DNA from: Vicugna vicugna
Taxonomy: Eukaryota
DNA length: 64,000 bases
Assembly: GCA_013265495.1 (NCBI GenBank)
Contig: MU057880.1
Location: forward strand, 588,527-652,526
Direction of reading: 5' to 3'
Position numbers and translations under genes: made by a program. The first letter of the stretch is position 1, and each line of letters begins with the position of its first letter. This document shows positions 22,606 to 36,619 of the stretch, in pieces. The notes under the pieces are model-generated. The model searched no databases and had not been told where the DNA came from. It was given only the letters and a program-made list of their open reading frames with translations.

Positions 22606-25600
22606 CTGGTGGATGAAAGAAAACAGCAAAGAGCAAGGAAATGAAATTAGAGGAGGGTCTGCGACCTCGCTGCTCTCCAGGGGAGAGCCCAGCAGGCAGA
22701 CACCAGGCTGCCCGGCGACGAGGGACTGCAAGGAGGGCAGAGGGCAAAGAAAAGGCAGATAGGGCCTTGGGGATCTTCCTACCCCTTTCTCCCACCCTCT
22801 CCCCAGGGGTCCAGCGACCTCGCCTTCTCCCCACCCTCCCTCGGGGCATCCCGTCTGCCCTAAGAGCTAAAGAAGATGGAGGAACACAAGCAGGAGTGAC
22901 CTGCGGGGCTGGGACTCTTCCCTGGGGGCTGGCTGGCAGCATCTGTGTTTCCTTGTCCAAACACATCTGCAGGTGGTCCAGACTTTCAGCGGGGAAGGAA
23001 GAGATTCGCAGGTACCAGGGGCCCCTCCTGGCCGCGCTCCCTACACTTTCTACCCTCCTCTCCCCTCTGTGGCCTTTATTAATACAACCTACGAGTGGGT
23101 GAGGAGCTGCCTTCACAGCCAGGAAACGAGGCAGCTTCCAAGCTGACCCAAAATCTGCCCCACTCTCTGCCTTCCAGAGCAAGCTTCCTTTTAAGAGCAA
23201 CCAGGAAACCTGTGGCCTTCCGGGACTTATCTTCTTGGAATCTCTTTTTCTCCCTCTGCACAAACAAGAGACATTCACAGAATGAAGTTACATTTCTACA
23301 AAGCTGATGATGGGAGAAAAAAAACGAAAAACACGCTGGCATGCTTAATCACCCAGAGTGTTCCAGTTGTCCTTTGTGTCAAGAAACCTCGGTCTGCAAA
23401 CAACCCTCTAACGGCCTGCACTGTACCACCAGAGACAAGTCAAAGTCACGTGACTAGGACTGTTTTAAGGGCCCTTTAAAGTTATTTTCCCCCCGAATTC
23501 TCTGGTTTTGGATACAAACAGGAACCTGTTGTTTTAACCAGGAAGCAGCATTTTTTTCAGAACAATAGATCTCTTCTAGGAAGGACATCCTTTCTTCAAA
23601 AATAGATGTTATCTGAAGGCAGATAAAAGTCATAAAACCACTGTAGACCAGGAGGCAAGAACACTGGCCGGCCAACTGGAATGCAGTTTTCCATGAAAAA
23701 GACCCTCCCTCTCCCTCATTTTTCTTTTTTTTTGGTCCAAATGTAAACCATGTATCAAAACCCAAAAGCACCCTCTAAGTGACTAGGACAGTGGCAGCTC
23801 ACAGCCTGGCAGAACCCTCTGGCTCAGAGTCTGTGAACACAACCCAGGCCCCACGGGAAGGTCGGGGAGGGCTCTCCACCCTGGGCGCCCTCCCTCGTGG
23901 CCCCTTGGAGACTCACCCCGGATGCAGCCAGACTCGCAGCACACACGTAATGCACTGACAGACAGGTATGAATTTCCCTGTTTACCAGCACTGGGGGCTG
24001 GCTAGCAACTTACGGTGAGTTTAACATGGTCTTTGAAGAGCAGAGGGAAAGGAGCTACCCCTCACACACCCCTCCCCGCCACCAGACTCTGTCAACAGGG
24101 AGGGGGGGCCCACACTGTGCACTCTACTAGGAGAAAAAAAATCCTTTTCCTTTAAAACGAGTTTTGCTTTACATATGAAGCTATGTATTTAAACTATAGT
24201 CAGGAGTAAGGAAGCCAAAGGCACAACCTTTCTGTTGTAGGATAAATTAAAAAACAAAAAAAGTAAGACTGATTCCTTTAAAAAGACTGCATCTAACTCA
24301 TCAAACAAACTAAAGTCAAGACGGGCTACAGCTGGTAGCCTGTGGGGACAGGAACCGAGGCCAGGGGCCGGGGAGGGGACATCGGGGGGCAGAGGGGACA
24401 GAGGGAAGCACCCCCTGCCCCGCCAGCAGCCCCAGGACCAGGAACTGCCCACCCAGGTTACTCTCCCTTGCAAAGACAGGAAGGGAATTTATCCTTCCCG
24501 GCCAGAGATCACCGGCAAGGAATCTGAGAGTAACATCCCAAGCACTGTCACCAAGGACAGTACAAGCCAGAATGTCCCAGGCTCAAGCTTACGTACACGG
24601 CCAAACCAGGGAGGGGCAGACAGGCGCGAAGTCGGCCAGCCCTGCTGTGCCTACTGACGTGGGGGCTAAGCTTAGGCGTTTCAGCTGCAAGAGCCCCAAT
24701 TCTTCTGCACTAAAATATGTTTTAAAACCATCCTCAGAAGGACAGTGGGAAGAATATGGGCTGGGGTGTCAAACGGAGCAAAGCCTTCATCCTCACCCCA
24801 TCACCGCCGAGACGTGTGCCCTGGATGTGCTACAGGGTGAACGCTCTCTACTCCGCCCAGGCTGTGTCACTGAAGCATAACACTGTAACAACACTCGGCA
24901 CATACAGACCTCCGAAAGAGTAGCCGATTCTATTACCTGTAAGGTTTGAATACAGGAGCGCCAAGAATTATTAAATGTAAACTAGTCCTGGAATTTATGG
25001 ACGTGGGAATGTTTATAAATCAGTGCGTCTTTTCATATGAATCTCTATCTCCCCCCGCAAAAAAGCTGAATGAATGATTTTTTAAAGGGCACCGGGATGT
25101 CTGCTTTACACAGCCGGGTTCTCTACCAGGTGTGCTGGTAGAGTACACTAGAGTACACACCTGCCAGCACTTTCCACGTCTGTCTTGTTCAAGCCGCCTG
25201 CTTCCGGAGCTCCCCAGGCTGGCTCCCAGTGAAGCCCACACCAGCCACCTCCTGTGCCCCTTGCACACAAATGGCCAGCAGTTTTGGGGTCCAGACTAAC
25301 ACAAAGTCCCTCAAACACACTCCCCTCCCTCTGATCTGGTGAACAGTGCTCGCCCACCCTGTCTCCCACCTGAGCCCCTGCAGCTCTCACTGGGGCCCCC
25401 ACAGGTGTGCGGTCACTTTACCTTCCAGGGTCCACCCTGTATCTCCTTGGTCCGAGAATAAACGCTCCAAACAAAGGTGCTGTTACCTTTTTCCCCTTGT
25501 TCTCATCTCTGCATCGGCCCCAGGCAGTGAACCCACTGGAAGCAGAGGAAGAAAAGGGCAGTCCTCTCACCAGGGTAGGGGTGATGGAAGGCAGGAGCTC

Positions 25601-28375
25601 CAGCGAACACCGCCCCCAGGAGTAAAAGGGACAGAGGGGATCGTGTCTGCAGTCTGGGTGCCAGGGCCAGGCGGGCACCCCCACCTGGTCCGGCAGAGAC
25701 AGTTCTGCAAATGGCCACCAGGTGGCGGGCCAGCCCGGCAGCCCTTCCAGGGCCTGGTCACACGCACAGTCACACGGAGGGGACCCGAGTCTTCACAGGG
25801 GTCCTTTCTCCTCTGTCCCTAACGAAAGGGGACACAAGGCCAGGGGGCGAACACAGGCCCACCAGTACTCACTAAAGTCACTTACTGTAGCATCCCGAAC
25901 CAGCCTGCCCGCCTCACCCCACCACACACGACTTGGGAAAGGGCCAGGGCGTTTGAAACAAAATGTCCCATCACTACGCTGCTGAGGCGTCTTGTGCCCC
26001 TGGTGCCTCATATCCCAGAGGGTGACATCGCCTCACCCTTCAGGGAAATGGAAGAAAAAAATCCCGGGTGGAGTGTTCAATGTCCAGGCAAATTCTTAAG
26101 CACGCTCTTCAACGGCCAGTCCAGCCCCAGGCCCGGGAAGGATGTCTTTGAGCTCGTTCATGTGCGCCCGGAGGGGTGGGCCTCCTTCAGGCTCACAGGT
26201 CAGAGCCCAGGCAGCCTGGCGCTGTGCTACTGGTCCCCTGCAACTCTGCCGGGCGGGATGTCCTCGGCCCAGGGCCCTGGGGCCCTGGGGCACTGCACCC
26301 TCACAGGACATGAGGGCAAGGAGTTCCAGAATCAAGACACAGGTTCCAGCTCTCCTGTTTGCCCAAAATTTCCTCGGGTGTTCTTTACAGCTTAAAAAAA
26401 AAAAGAGTGTTTCTCAACAATTCTTTGACTTGAGACAAAAGCAAGTATGAAGTCAGTATGTCTTGAATGAACCACAAAATCACAAAAAGGACCTTGGGGC
26501 TGACCTGAGCACACCCTCATCCACGGCTACCCAACCTGATGCTGGGAAAGTCACATTTCAGGAGGCGGCTGGCGGGGGTGCTTCCTGAGTTCAAGGAGCA
26601 GGGGACTGTCACACAAGAGCCTCCTTCTCTGTCTACTTTGTCCTGAAGACAATGCACGCATCAGTGGATCAGTGGCCACAGGCATCCCAGGGCTGTGAGA
26701 TGAGCCGTGCTGGTCACACCCCATGGTCACTGTCACGGGCAAGGGAAATAACCCCATGAGCAGATTAGAGTCACTCGCGAAAGCTAAACTTTCTCATTAG
26801 AATAATCGACACAAATTGTAGCTAAAAACTCATCCTGTGGACCAAAATGAGGAGACTCTCAAGCATCTAGATCAGCCCACAATTCCTGTTTTGGGAGTCG
26901 GTGCATTTCCCCTCAGGACCTTGTACACCACCTGGCAGACCGCTTCCCGGAGTCCACGTCCTTCAGGCAGCGAGGACAACTTGTCGAAACACACCTTCAT
27001 TTCGAAGTAACTATCTTATCTCAGGCTCTCAGACTGCAGAGTGTGTAGTCGGATATTAATTTCATGTGTAGAGATGACCACAGCGGAAAAGCTCCTGCCG
27101 TAAACTGAACGCCGACCTGGCCTCTGCGTTCCGTGCACGAGCAAGCAGGCAGAGCGACCGCGTTTTAAGTTCTCACTGAACATCTGATTAAGTACAACCT
27201 GAAAGGCAAATCAGCTGTACACACATGTGCACACACGTGCCCTCCCTCTTGGACAAAATGATGCTTGGATTGTCTTCTATTTCAGTTTTTTGAAAAGTGA
27301 GCCAAACACGCCCCACCCCCACCCAGTTCTCCTATAATGACACAGTTAAAACTCTGGGCTTGGTGTTTACTTCCCAGGGATGGCCTGGCTCTGGTTAACC
27401 CTGCAGGAACCCAGCTGGCGTGAGTGGGTGGAGGGGACCCCCCCACCTCCAAAACCCCGGCTGCAGGCCTGGCTCTGCAGAACCACCCTCAGGACACTTG
27501 AACTTCCAAAGGTGAGCTAACTCCAGATGCTCCTTCAACGGGCTGCATTCTGAACCATGCACGGTGCAAATGTCAGTCTTCCTGCAGGAGCGGGAGCTCA
27601 GACAGCCCTGCATAACAAAGGCACAGAGGCCAGGGTCACCAAGGACACAGGCTCTTCACCGCCTCTGAGCAGAGAGGAAGCTCTTCTGAATGGAAGCAGG
27701 TTTTAAATATAGAAAACCTCACTGCTGCCATTTTTCTAGGACAAAAGACGAAAATAATTTGACATCTGTTTTCCCATCTTGAGTGCTTTACAGAGGAGTC
27801 AAACCACCAATAGTATCTCTTATTCTCCAACTTTTCCATTTCTCAAGAGGACAGGAGAAGCAGCTGAGAACATTCCACATATGCAATTAAAGCCTTCCGG
27901 CTCTGTTCGTCGGAAATGAAAGAAAACGTTGAAGAAATTTTAGGTATGATTCAAAGCTGATCTCTTTCAGATCTGTCTGTAATAGGAGAGGTGGCTGCAA
28001 AGAGAAGTCACCTGTCCAACCAGATAAACAAGGGGTGGGGGGGAGCAGTTACAGAAAAAGAAGCACATTTCAAATGGCGGAGAAGCAACAGAGACCATTA
28101 AAATACGTACACACAATTCTAATCAAGCGCTCCACGGGAAGAGCAGCGGGCCGTAGTTTCTGAAGCATCCTGCCTTTCGATCACGTTTCAAACATCTAAC
28201 ACCTGGCCTCATGCTCCTGCAGCTGTCCTGCCTCCCCCAGCTGCACAGGACGTGGTTTAAATCTGTCGTGTGCACGTCCGATCTTAATGACGGAATCCAT
28301 CACATTCAGAAATGAGCATCCTAAACAAAGAGACCTTTGGCCTTCACAACAGCGATACCCTGACATCACCCCCCA

Positions 28376-28376
<1 letters not shown>

Positions 28377-28408
<32 letters not shown>
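28377..28408. repeat. (CA)16 microsatellite
   Basis: Perfect CA run seen directly. Confidence 0.97.
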
Positions 28409-28411
<3 letters not shown>

Positions 28412-29579
28412 GCAGCCCTCAGAGCATCCTTACCAAGATTCCCCAGGCGCCAGGGACCTACCGCCCCAGGAAGCCGGTTACCACAGAGCAGCCGTCCCAG
28501 CCGGGAGGGGATGAGAAGGAAGGGAAGAGGTAACTTCCCTGTGGGATTCGCTAAGCAATTCTGACAACACCACCAAGATACAGTCTAAAAATGCTCTGAG
28601 CAGCAGCACCAGGTTATTCTAAGAACTGTGTCACTTGGAGACATGATGGAGGTTAAGGGAATTTATTTAGATATATTCATCCCTGTCTTATTTTAAATTT
28701 CACTTCATTATGGCTTGATCATCATTTTTAGCAGAAAATGTTAGTTAGTAAATAAACTCAAACACTCGATAATTATGGAACCAAATCTACGACATTAGAC
28801 TACTTGGACCTGGCGTGTGATTTAACCTTCCTTAACCCTAACACTCATGGCAGATACATGCTGCCTCTTAAGGTACTGCATTACTCACGAAGGAAAATAT
28901 TAGATGTCGCTGAACTGGTCCCCACGGTCTTTTCAAATCTCTTACACTTCAGCACGCCAGTGGGGACTCTACCAAACACGTATCCAGGTGATGCCCAAGG
29001 AGGCCAGTCACCTGTGAGCAGAAGGTTCAGTGCAGAACTCTGCAACGCAGAAGGAGGTCTGGCGCACCCCCGGACCCCTCCTCACCCCACACCCCTCCCC
29101 CAAAACACCCACGATGATCCTACCTTCGGTATCGGTGCCCTGAGAGAAAATTAAACGTTTACAAATTTAAAACGAACAGGAAAAACCAGAATGTGTACTT
29201 TTTCTTCTTTATCACCCTTTTTGTATCTTTTCTGAAATTAGTAAGCCCTTCAGAAAGGACACAGCATTACACGTGCAGTGAGAACACCCCCTAGATTTCT
29301 AGACCATTAACACTGGGCTTCCCCCATCACTTCCAATTCCCGTCTCAGAAACGCACGTTCTCGCCTGGGCTGTCTTCCCCTGACCCTTCCAAGTCCTTTA
29401 CAGCAACAGCACTCTCTCTGCCAAGATTCTGGAATGAGGTACACCCCTTTGGTCACTGTTCTCAACAATCCAGTTACTGTACAACCTTCTGGAATCTGAT
29501 CTTTGCCCTGAAGTTCACTGAAATCTGTTTCTCAGGGATCACCCGTGATCTCTCTAAAACAAAACAGCACTGCCCGTCC

Positions 29580-29760
29580 CCACTGTGCGGGCACTGCTGT
29601 AGGTGCCAGGGGTGCACCAGTCTACAGAACAAACAAAAACCCCGTCCTGTGGCCATCACGGTCCAGGGACAGGAGGCACTGACCAAGCGAAGTATCAGGA
29701 ATGTCAGGGAGTGACAAGCAGTGAGCAGAAAAGACAGCAAAGGGAGGAGTGTGACACATC
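29580..29760 (-). mobile_element. LINE-2 3' fragment
   Basis: ggcactgctgtaggtgccagggg...gaacaaacaaaaaccccgtcctgtgg resembles the reverse L2a end. Confidence 0.55.
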
Positions 29761-32049
29761 AGGAAGGGGACACAGTGCCCCACCTCCCGCGTTTCCTGGG
29801 CCCCTTGAGGGTTCTGCAGGCTTCACAGGTCTCCCCAAGGTCAGCCCCAAGGTCAGCCCCTGGGCTGGTCCGGGAGCCTCACTCTTCTAAGAAGGAGGAA
29901 ATCGCGTCTGCTCTCAGCCCATCTGCACAAGTAACTCCTAGACTCCGACTGTCCTCCCAGACCACCCTGACCACCAACACCCCCCGTCACCACGAGTGAC
30001 CCTCTGAAGCGGCTGGTGCATCGCCTCCAACAGCAGCTGAAGTCACACTACATCCCCCCAAACACCAGCTACTTCTGCCGATTCCTCCTCCTCCTCGGCC
30101 ACGGGTACAAGTGAAAACCAGAAAAGCTACCTTCCCACTTGGAGTTGCTTGTGGCAGCTCTTTCCTCACACATTTAATTAATTTTTTCAATCCTGTTAAG
30201 TTTCCTGTCATTCTTTTTTCATTCTGTTTCCAGTTCAGGGCTTCCTCCCCTCTCACCACGCATCACACAGACAAAACAAGGGCCCCTGGACAGCTGTCCG
30301 TGCTGTCCCCTGGCTCCTGGGACCCTTCGTGGGCCACCGATTTGACCCCACGCACAGGCACTCGGTGATTCCCGCACTCTGCACTCGGGGTCCCACCCGG
30401 GCTCCTCCGCCCCAGCCTCCACTGCAGGCTGGCCCGCCTCCCAGCCTCCTGACAGGCACCTTGACCAGGAAGCCTGCTGCCAGCCCTCCCTCCCCGTGGC
30501 CCCCTAGGCATTTATTAGGGCATCACTCCTGAGGGAATGCCACAGGTTCATTTGTACTGTTGGTATTTTTCTACATAAAAATGAAGCACCTGCGGGAGCC
30601 AGTCCAGGCGGGCAGTACTTGGGAGGATGTGTGCTCCCAGGGAGGGAGCCTCTCTTGTACCTCCTCACTCCCCATGAACCCCAGAAAGTGTCTGGAACTT
30701 AGGGATCCCAGAGCCTGAGTGGCAAGAGGGCTCCATGGCGAGCAGCTCACCAGCTGCTGAAGTCTGGCTAGTCCTGAGGCTCAGATCCCATAATAAAGTG
30801 ATGACTGCAGTCCCAGTGCAGCAGGGCTGGCCAGTATTCCCTACAGAACAAATCCATCTTTCCTCTGGGGAGGGTGCCCCTCAGACCGAGCCACCCATTC
30901 CCGTCCAACGCTGAGGACCTGCGTGGTCCAGGTTATGCCTCCACTCTTTGTGTCCTCAGAGCAATGACCCACAATTGTCCAGCTCTCACTTCCCAAGTTC
31001 TTATTTCTCTGCCTTCAAATCTTTTGTTTCTAATTTCTCTTTTATCCCCTGTGATCTTTTTCCCCAATCTTCCACAATACCCACTGCTTGCAGTTTGATG
31101 CTTGTGTCCAACATGGGGTGGGGGCGGGGGAGAACCCTGCTTCTATCCTTAATCTGACACATATTCTTCTCTAATGAATAACTTGAGTTTGCAAATCTCT
31201 AGGGGAAGAGAGGATGCATTTAATTCTATCCATGTACACACAGAATACATAGAAAATCACTGCCGAAACATCTGAGTTGTACGTTTTCCTCTGAGTTAAA
31301 AATGCACTGACTTTAAAATAGTAGTTACACCAGAAAGAATTAAAACCTTGTACCAGGCGGCCCATTTTAAGTGTTCTATTTGAAGCAACATTACTTTAAA
31401 CAAGGCTCCTTTACAATAAGTCATCGTTTAATTAATATCCAAATACCTTGAGAGCCAATAATAGTTCAACAAAACAGCTGGAAATCAAATAGCAGATACA
31501 ATTACTCACAGCTGGCTTTATTTGACTGATGTCATATTAAATAAATTTATCCCACAGACCTTTTCCCTTCCCCCCAAAGGGAAAAAATTCCTTCAAGAAA
31601 CACAGAAGGCTCTCTGTATTAGACTTTCTTTTAAGTTTGCAAAATACATTCCAATATTAAAGATGTTCGGCAGGAGTATGTAATAAAGATTTTCAGCGGA
31701 GCACACTGTTTTTTTGTTTGTTTGTTTGTTTTGTTTTGGTACCATTCTGTGTGTTTGCAATATTTCTGAGTCTTGGAGTTTTGTTTTCCTTAAGACTTAA
31801 TAGAAAAACAGCAAACCAGGCTGAGTCACAAAACACAACGGGCGTCTGTAGCTTTATGATCCGGCATTCAGTTTACTGTTTTGACAGTGGGCTCAATTAT
31901 TTTTGCAGAGACAGCCTGTCTCTACAGCTTAGTAATAGAAAGTATCCAGAATATTGGTTTGAAACCTGTTCCTTCAAGACATTATTTAAACCATGATACT
32001 CTATTGTCCCCCCCATGTTATACCCCCCATGAGGGTAACTTAATTATGA

Positions 32050-32190
32050 TCACTAACAACTACCTATTAAACGCCAGACATTGTACTGGACGTTCTGCAT
32101 CTACCATCTCTAATTTCTCTAACAGTCCCACATGCGGATACTTTATATCTAACAGTTACTAAAGGGGAAGAAATCAGAGACAGTTTTTAA
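32050..32190 (-). mobile_element. MIR SINE fragment
   Basis: gccagacattgtactggacgttctgcatctaccatctctaatttctctaacagtccc...gaagaaatcagagacag. Confidence 0.6.
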
Positions 32191-33539
32191 ACAGCTGCCC
32201 CCCCCCCCCGCCACCGCCACGTACAAAAAAATCAGACTCCACAGTAAGACGGTCACGAATCTGCTATAGCAGACTTTCCAAATCCCAGGAAGATGCTCGT
32301 ATTCATTCATCTCATTCATTCACATTCATGATCATATCCTGGGATCCATTCATATTCTCTCCTCCCTCCCTCTCCCCTCCTCTCTCCTTAAAAAAAGAAA
32401 AAGAAAGAAAAGGAGAATTACCACGAGTGACACATGTTATGCTTATCTGGGCAGCAAACTTAAAACGGAAGTAACGTGGCCTTCGTGAAACCTTACAGTT
32501 AGTCCTGGTGCTCTTTCAACTATGATATAACCACTCAGCAATCACCACTCCAAAAAGCGAAAACTAAGTGCGTGCCCGCAGCATTCTATATTTAGAAATA
32601 CAAGTCCAATCATAACCTATCATTTTTTTTAAAGTTCATCATTTATAAACTATTCTCTATTTTGTCACAAACCCAAGTAATATTCACCACACTCAAAGCC
32701 ACCGGCAACCTCTGGAGCCTGAGATTCAGACCGTGGTCCCCTCACACATCCTGCTGCTGCTTCACAGGCACCTGGACACCCAACAAGGTTCCTACGGTCA
32801 CTCCTTCCCGACCCCCCTTGACCGTCCGGTACATCCATCATGGCATCTTTTTAACTATAAAGCAGTTAGCACGTTAAATATGCCCTCGGTTAAAATGTGC
32901 TGAGTCAATGAGTAAAACGTTTCTTCCAGTGCACTGAAAAAGGTAACTCTCATTTGCATGCCCACCAAATGATTTAAATAAGTTAATTTTAACACCAAAT
33001 GTTCTTGGATTCCTCTACACAGTTCCACTGGACTGATTTTACTCCTGGATTTTAAGAAGGGTGAACATCAGTTTAACAAATTATTTTCTGCTATATAGCA
33101 CGTAAAAAACATGGACTCAGGCAGCATTATTCACAATAGCCAAGGCATGGAAACAAGCTAAGTGTCTGTGGATGGTTGAATGGATCAAGATATGCATATA
33201 TATATACACACACACACACACATACATAATCATAAATGTGATATTCTTTTAACATGTATTAGTGGAATATTATTCAGCCTTTAAAAAGAAGGAAATCTTG
33301 TCATATGCAACAATGTGGGTGAACTGGAGGGCTTTATGCTAAGTGAAATGAGCCAGAGAAAGATAAAAACAGCTCGCGTGCTGTGTTTTACAGGTAGAAA
33401 CAAAGTAGTAAAGTGGCTGCCAGGGGCTGGGGTGGGGGAGGTAGGGGGAGGTCAGTAAAAGGTACAACCTTTCAGTTAGAAGACGGACAAAGTTTGAGGA
33501 TGTGCATACACCATGGTGACTACAGGTGACAGCACTGTA

Positions 33540-34035
33540 CTGCCATCCTCAGTCTCCCTGGGGCAGTGGTTCCGGGACCCCATGGATGCCAAACCCAAGG
33601 ATGCGCAAGTCCCTTACGTGAAATGCTGCAGGACGGCTGAGCCCGCGTGGGTTTCAGCTGCGCGGGTCCACCCACCCCAGGATTTCTTCACTGAACACGG
33701 ACTGCAGGACCACACACTCTGAGGCTGGTGGAACCGCCAATGCGGAAGGTGTGGGGTGGCTGTAAAGTCACACAGAGGTTTTCACCTTTCGGAAGAGGGG
33801 GGTGCCCCTACCCCCCACGTCGTTCAGTGGTCAGACGTATTTGCATATAACCTGAGCACATCCTCCAGACTTTACATCATCTCTAGACTACTTGACTAAT
33901 ATAATGTTAACGCTATGCGAATAGCCACCGCCACTTGGCAAACACCAGTTTTGCTTTTTAGAACTTTCTGCAATTTTTTGTCCTAAATATTTTCAAGCCT
34001 CATCTGCAAAACCTGCAGATATAGAGGGTCGACTG
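33540..34035 (+). mobile_element. MER2-like TcMar-Tigger DNA transposon, flanked by TA
   Basis: ggttccgggaccccatggatgccaaacccaaggatgcgcaagtccctta...tttgcatataacctgagcacatcctcc...gatatagagggtcgactg, with TA at 33538-33539 and 34036-34037. Confidence 0.8.
33634..33837. mobile_element. Tigger2/MER8-family MITE nested inside the MER2
   Basis: gggtttcagctgcgcgggtccac and gcccctaccccccacgtcgttcagtggtca resemble Tigger2-family termini. It splits the MER2 consensus at its gTAtttgcatataacc site. Confidence 0.65.
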
Positions 34036-36303
34036 TATTAGATAGCTGAAATTTGTTACGAGTAGAATTTAAATATTCTAAACACCACCACCAAAAATGG
34101 TAGTTAAGACTGTGAGATGATGGATGTGTTAACTTGGTTGGAAAGTCCTTTCACAGTGTGTATGTACATTAAATCACCACACCGTACACTAAATAGCTTA
34201 TAATTTTATATGCCAACTGTACCTCAATAATGCTGAAAAAAGTTTTGAAGATAAAAAAATGAATTCTGGAAACTGAAAATAATAAGGACTTTACATTTTG
34301 AATGCTCTCTTCATTTTTACCGAACTACCATCATTCTGTATTTGCATTGTTCTATCAACATAAACAACCAACATTACCCCCCAAAGTAAAGTTAGCTCCC
34401 ACAAGTGACCACAGCTAATTCACCATCACGATAAAGTGCTTATTCAACATCCAGTATTTACACTTCACGATGAAATCATGTCTCACAATTAACTCTCATT
34501 GTATGGAGAATAGAGTTACTGGGGTTTTGGGGGGAAGGAAACTCCACCACAGTTTTAGAAATCTGTAAAATAGGTACAATGATAACTTAACACACAAAAT
34601 TAACTGAGCAGAAAAGACCTTTTTGCCAGCACTGAAAAATAACAGACATTTGCTTCGAGCACTCCCATCTTCCAGCAGGAATAAATGTTGAATAGTTAAC
34701 TTTTCTGGAATAACATGGTACAAATTTTCTTTAATTAAAAAAAAAATTATTTGACACAGCTCAGCAGGTGGTGCACAGACCATGAGAAACGCCTATTTGA
34801 GGAGGTCCCTGGGAGTTAAGAGGGGGCAGGTAAGAAAAAGATGATCATAGTTAGAGTCCACTGCCTACACGCTGACATTTCACCTACTTCTTCCCTCGCT
34901 GAGGGGCCAGATGAGACAGAGCACCACCAGGAACAGAAGCGCCTCCCGACGTGCGCACTCTGACGCGCCGCACAGGCCAGCCCAGCACCAGCGCGGCCTC
35001 CGACCCCCGCAGGGCTAAGGGAGAGGACGCCAGCAAGGCGCTCAGGGGCTCCTGTGAGGGCTGGAGGCGCGATGAGCAGGGGTGAGTGGGACTTTCGTAG
35101 GTTCTGGTCCAGGTTTGTTCATGTATGCAAACAACCTGAACTCTAAGTGCAAAGATTTAAGAATATGCTTCCCTGGAAGTTGAAAATTATTTTCTTGTAA
35201 CAATTATGATAGTTATCATAAATTTTTTTCAATATATATAGAGACCCAGATTTTTAATAAACATTTAAAAATTTGTTAAGAGACAGCATAAAAATAAGCT
35301 GGATGGAAGGTCTACAGCTGTTAACATGCTGTTCTGAGGGTTTTTCGCTCCAGGATTTTCTGATGCATGCTTTAAATGATGAAAGTTTAGAACATATCTG
35401 TATATCTGTGAGATAATCTAAATTACTCTAACTCTCAAAAAACAAGTCTTAAATGCCTCTGTGAAGCAACCCTTAGATTCCTGAATGAGATCGCCATTCC
35501 TGATTAATTCAAACCTAACCACAAATTTAATATGTATCAAGATAAGATTACGTAGCGCTATGATTAACAAACTATCAGAACTGCCACCCCAATCTAAAGT
35601 ATTTCTTTCAATTCAAAGAACACTTTTGCAGGAAGAGAAACTACAAGGGAGCTACAAATTATGTCTCCTACAAACTTCTGAAAATACAATTTAAGTATTT
35701 TAAAAGAAAACTATTTCCGGTACAGTTAGGATCTCTTCTAACCACTTGCTTTCTGTACCCAATATCACAGAAGAAATCGACTACAAAGCTCAATTTTCCT
35801 AAAGGACTTTTCAATTCACATTAAGTAATCAATTCCTGAGAACAATTTTTTTTAATCTCAAAATGTTTAAAATACTACACAACAATCCATTTTTTAAATT
35901 ATATTCAAGATTTTTAAAAACCATATCCTTGAAAGACTGTCCTCATTCAAGTAGCTATTCTGTTTCCTTTCATTTCCTCTTTTCTCGTATTATTTGTATA
36001 TTATCTTTCATCAAAAGCGTCTGTGTATTCAAAACCTATAGCTTTAAAGAACTTTAACTTCTAATTAGTCCCAAATACGTGATCACAAGGAATTAGCAGA
36101 AGACTGAAAATACAGCATAGGGCAAATTAGAGCAGAAATTGTTGCAGTATTTTTACCATTTAAACTTCAATATGGATAAGTAATACCCACTTGAGTATGA
36201 ACTCCTGCCTTTCACTCAAAACGTTTTATTGTGAAAGAGAAAAAGGTGACTTACAGGCTTAGACAGACAGAGCATGCTTTCAAGCTCACTTAAACCAAGT
36301 CCA

Positions 36304-36405
36304 GGGGCATGCATAGCTCAAGTGGTAGAGCGCGTGCTCAGCACGTGAGAGGTCCTGGGTTTCATCCCCAGTACCTACATTTAAAAATTAATAAAAATTT
36401 TTAAA
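36304..36405 (+). mobile_element. tRNA-derived SINE (camelid Vic-1-like)
   Basis: ggggcatgcatagctcaagtggtagagcgcgtgctcagcacgtgagaggtcctgggtttcatccccagtacct plus an AT-rich tail. Confidence 0.88.
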
Positions 36406-36619
36406 AGATCGAGTCCACTTCCTTCTGGAGTCATTGCTTTAAAGCACAAAACAGCAGATGCCCATCCATATAGCTTGTTGCACATAGAAAAAGGTAAGTT
36501 ACGTGCCGTATTAAGGATATACACCTCATGTGTGTGCTACTGAGATAAATGAAACGAACACCTTCTAGCCATAGTCCCAACACTGCAGGGCACCCCTGTG
36601 TTGCTGGGGGAGGGAGGTG

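Larger units (their letters stand above)
33120..34260 (+). mobile_element. LINE-1 (L1MA/L1MB-like) 3' end interrupted by a DNA transposon at 33540-34035
   Basis: gcagcattattcacaatagccaag...ggaatattattcagcctttaaaaagaaggaaat...atgctaagtgaaatgagccag. The L1 resumes at 34036 (ctgaaatttgttacgagtagaatttaaatattct) and ends at gtacctcaataatgctgaaaaaa. Confidence 0.85.

Noticed and set aside
22523..23278. 251 aa minus-strand ORF, the longest in the window
   Set aside because: Non-ATG start, no homology I recognise, and it runs through a pyrimidine tract and acceptor. Only its last few codons are kept as part of a candidate exon.
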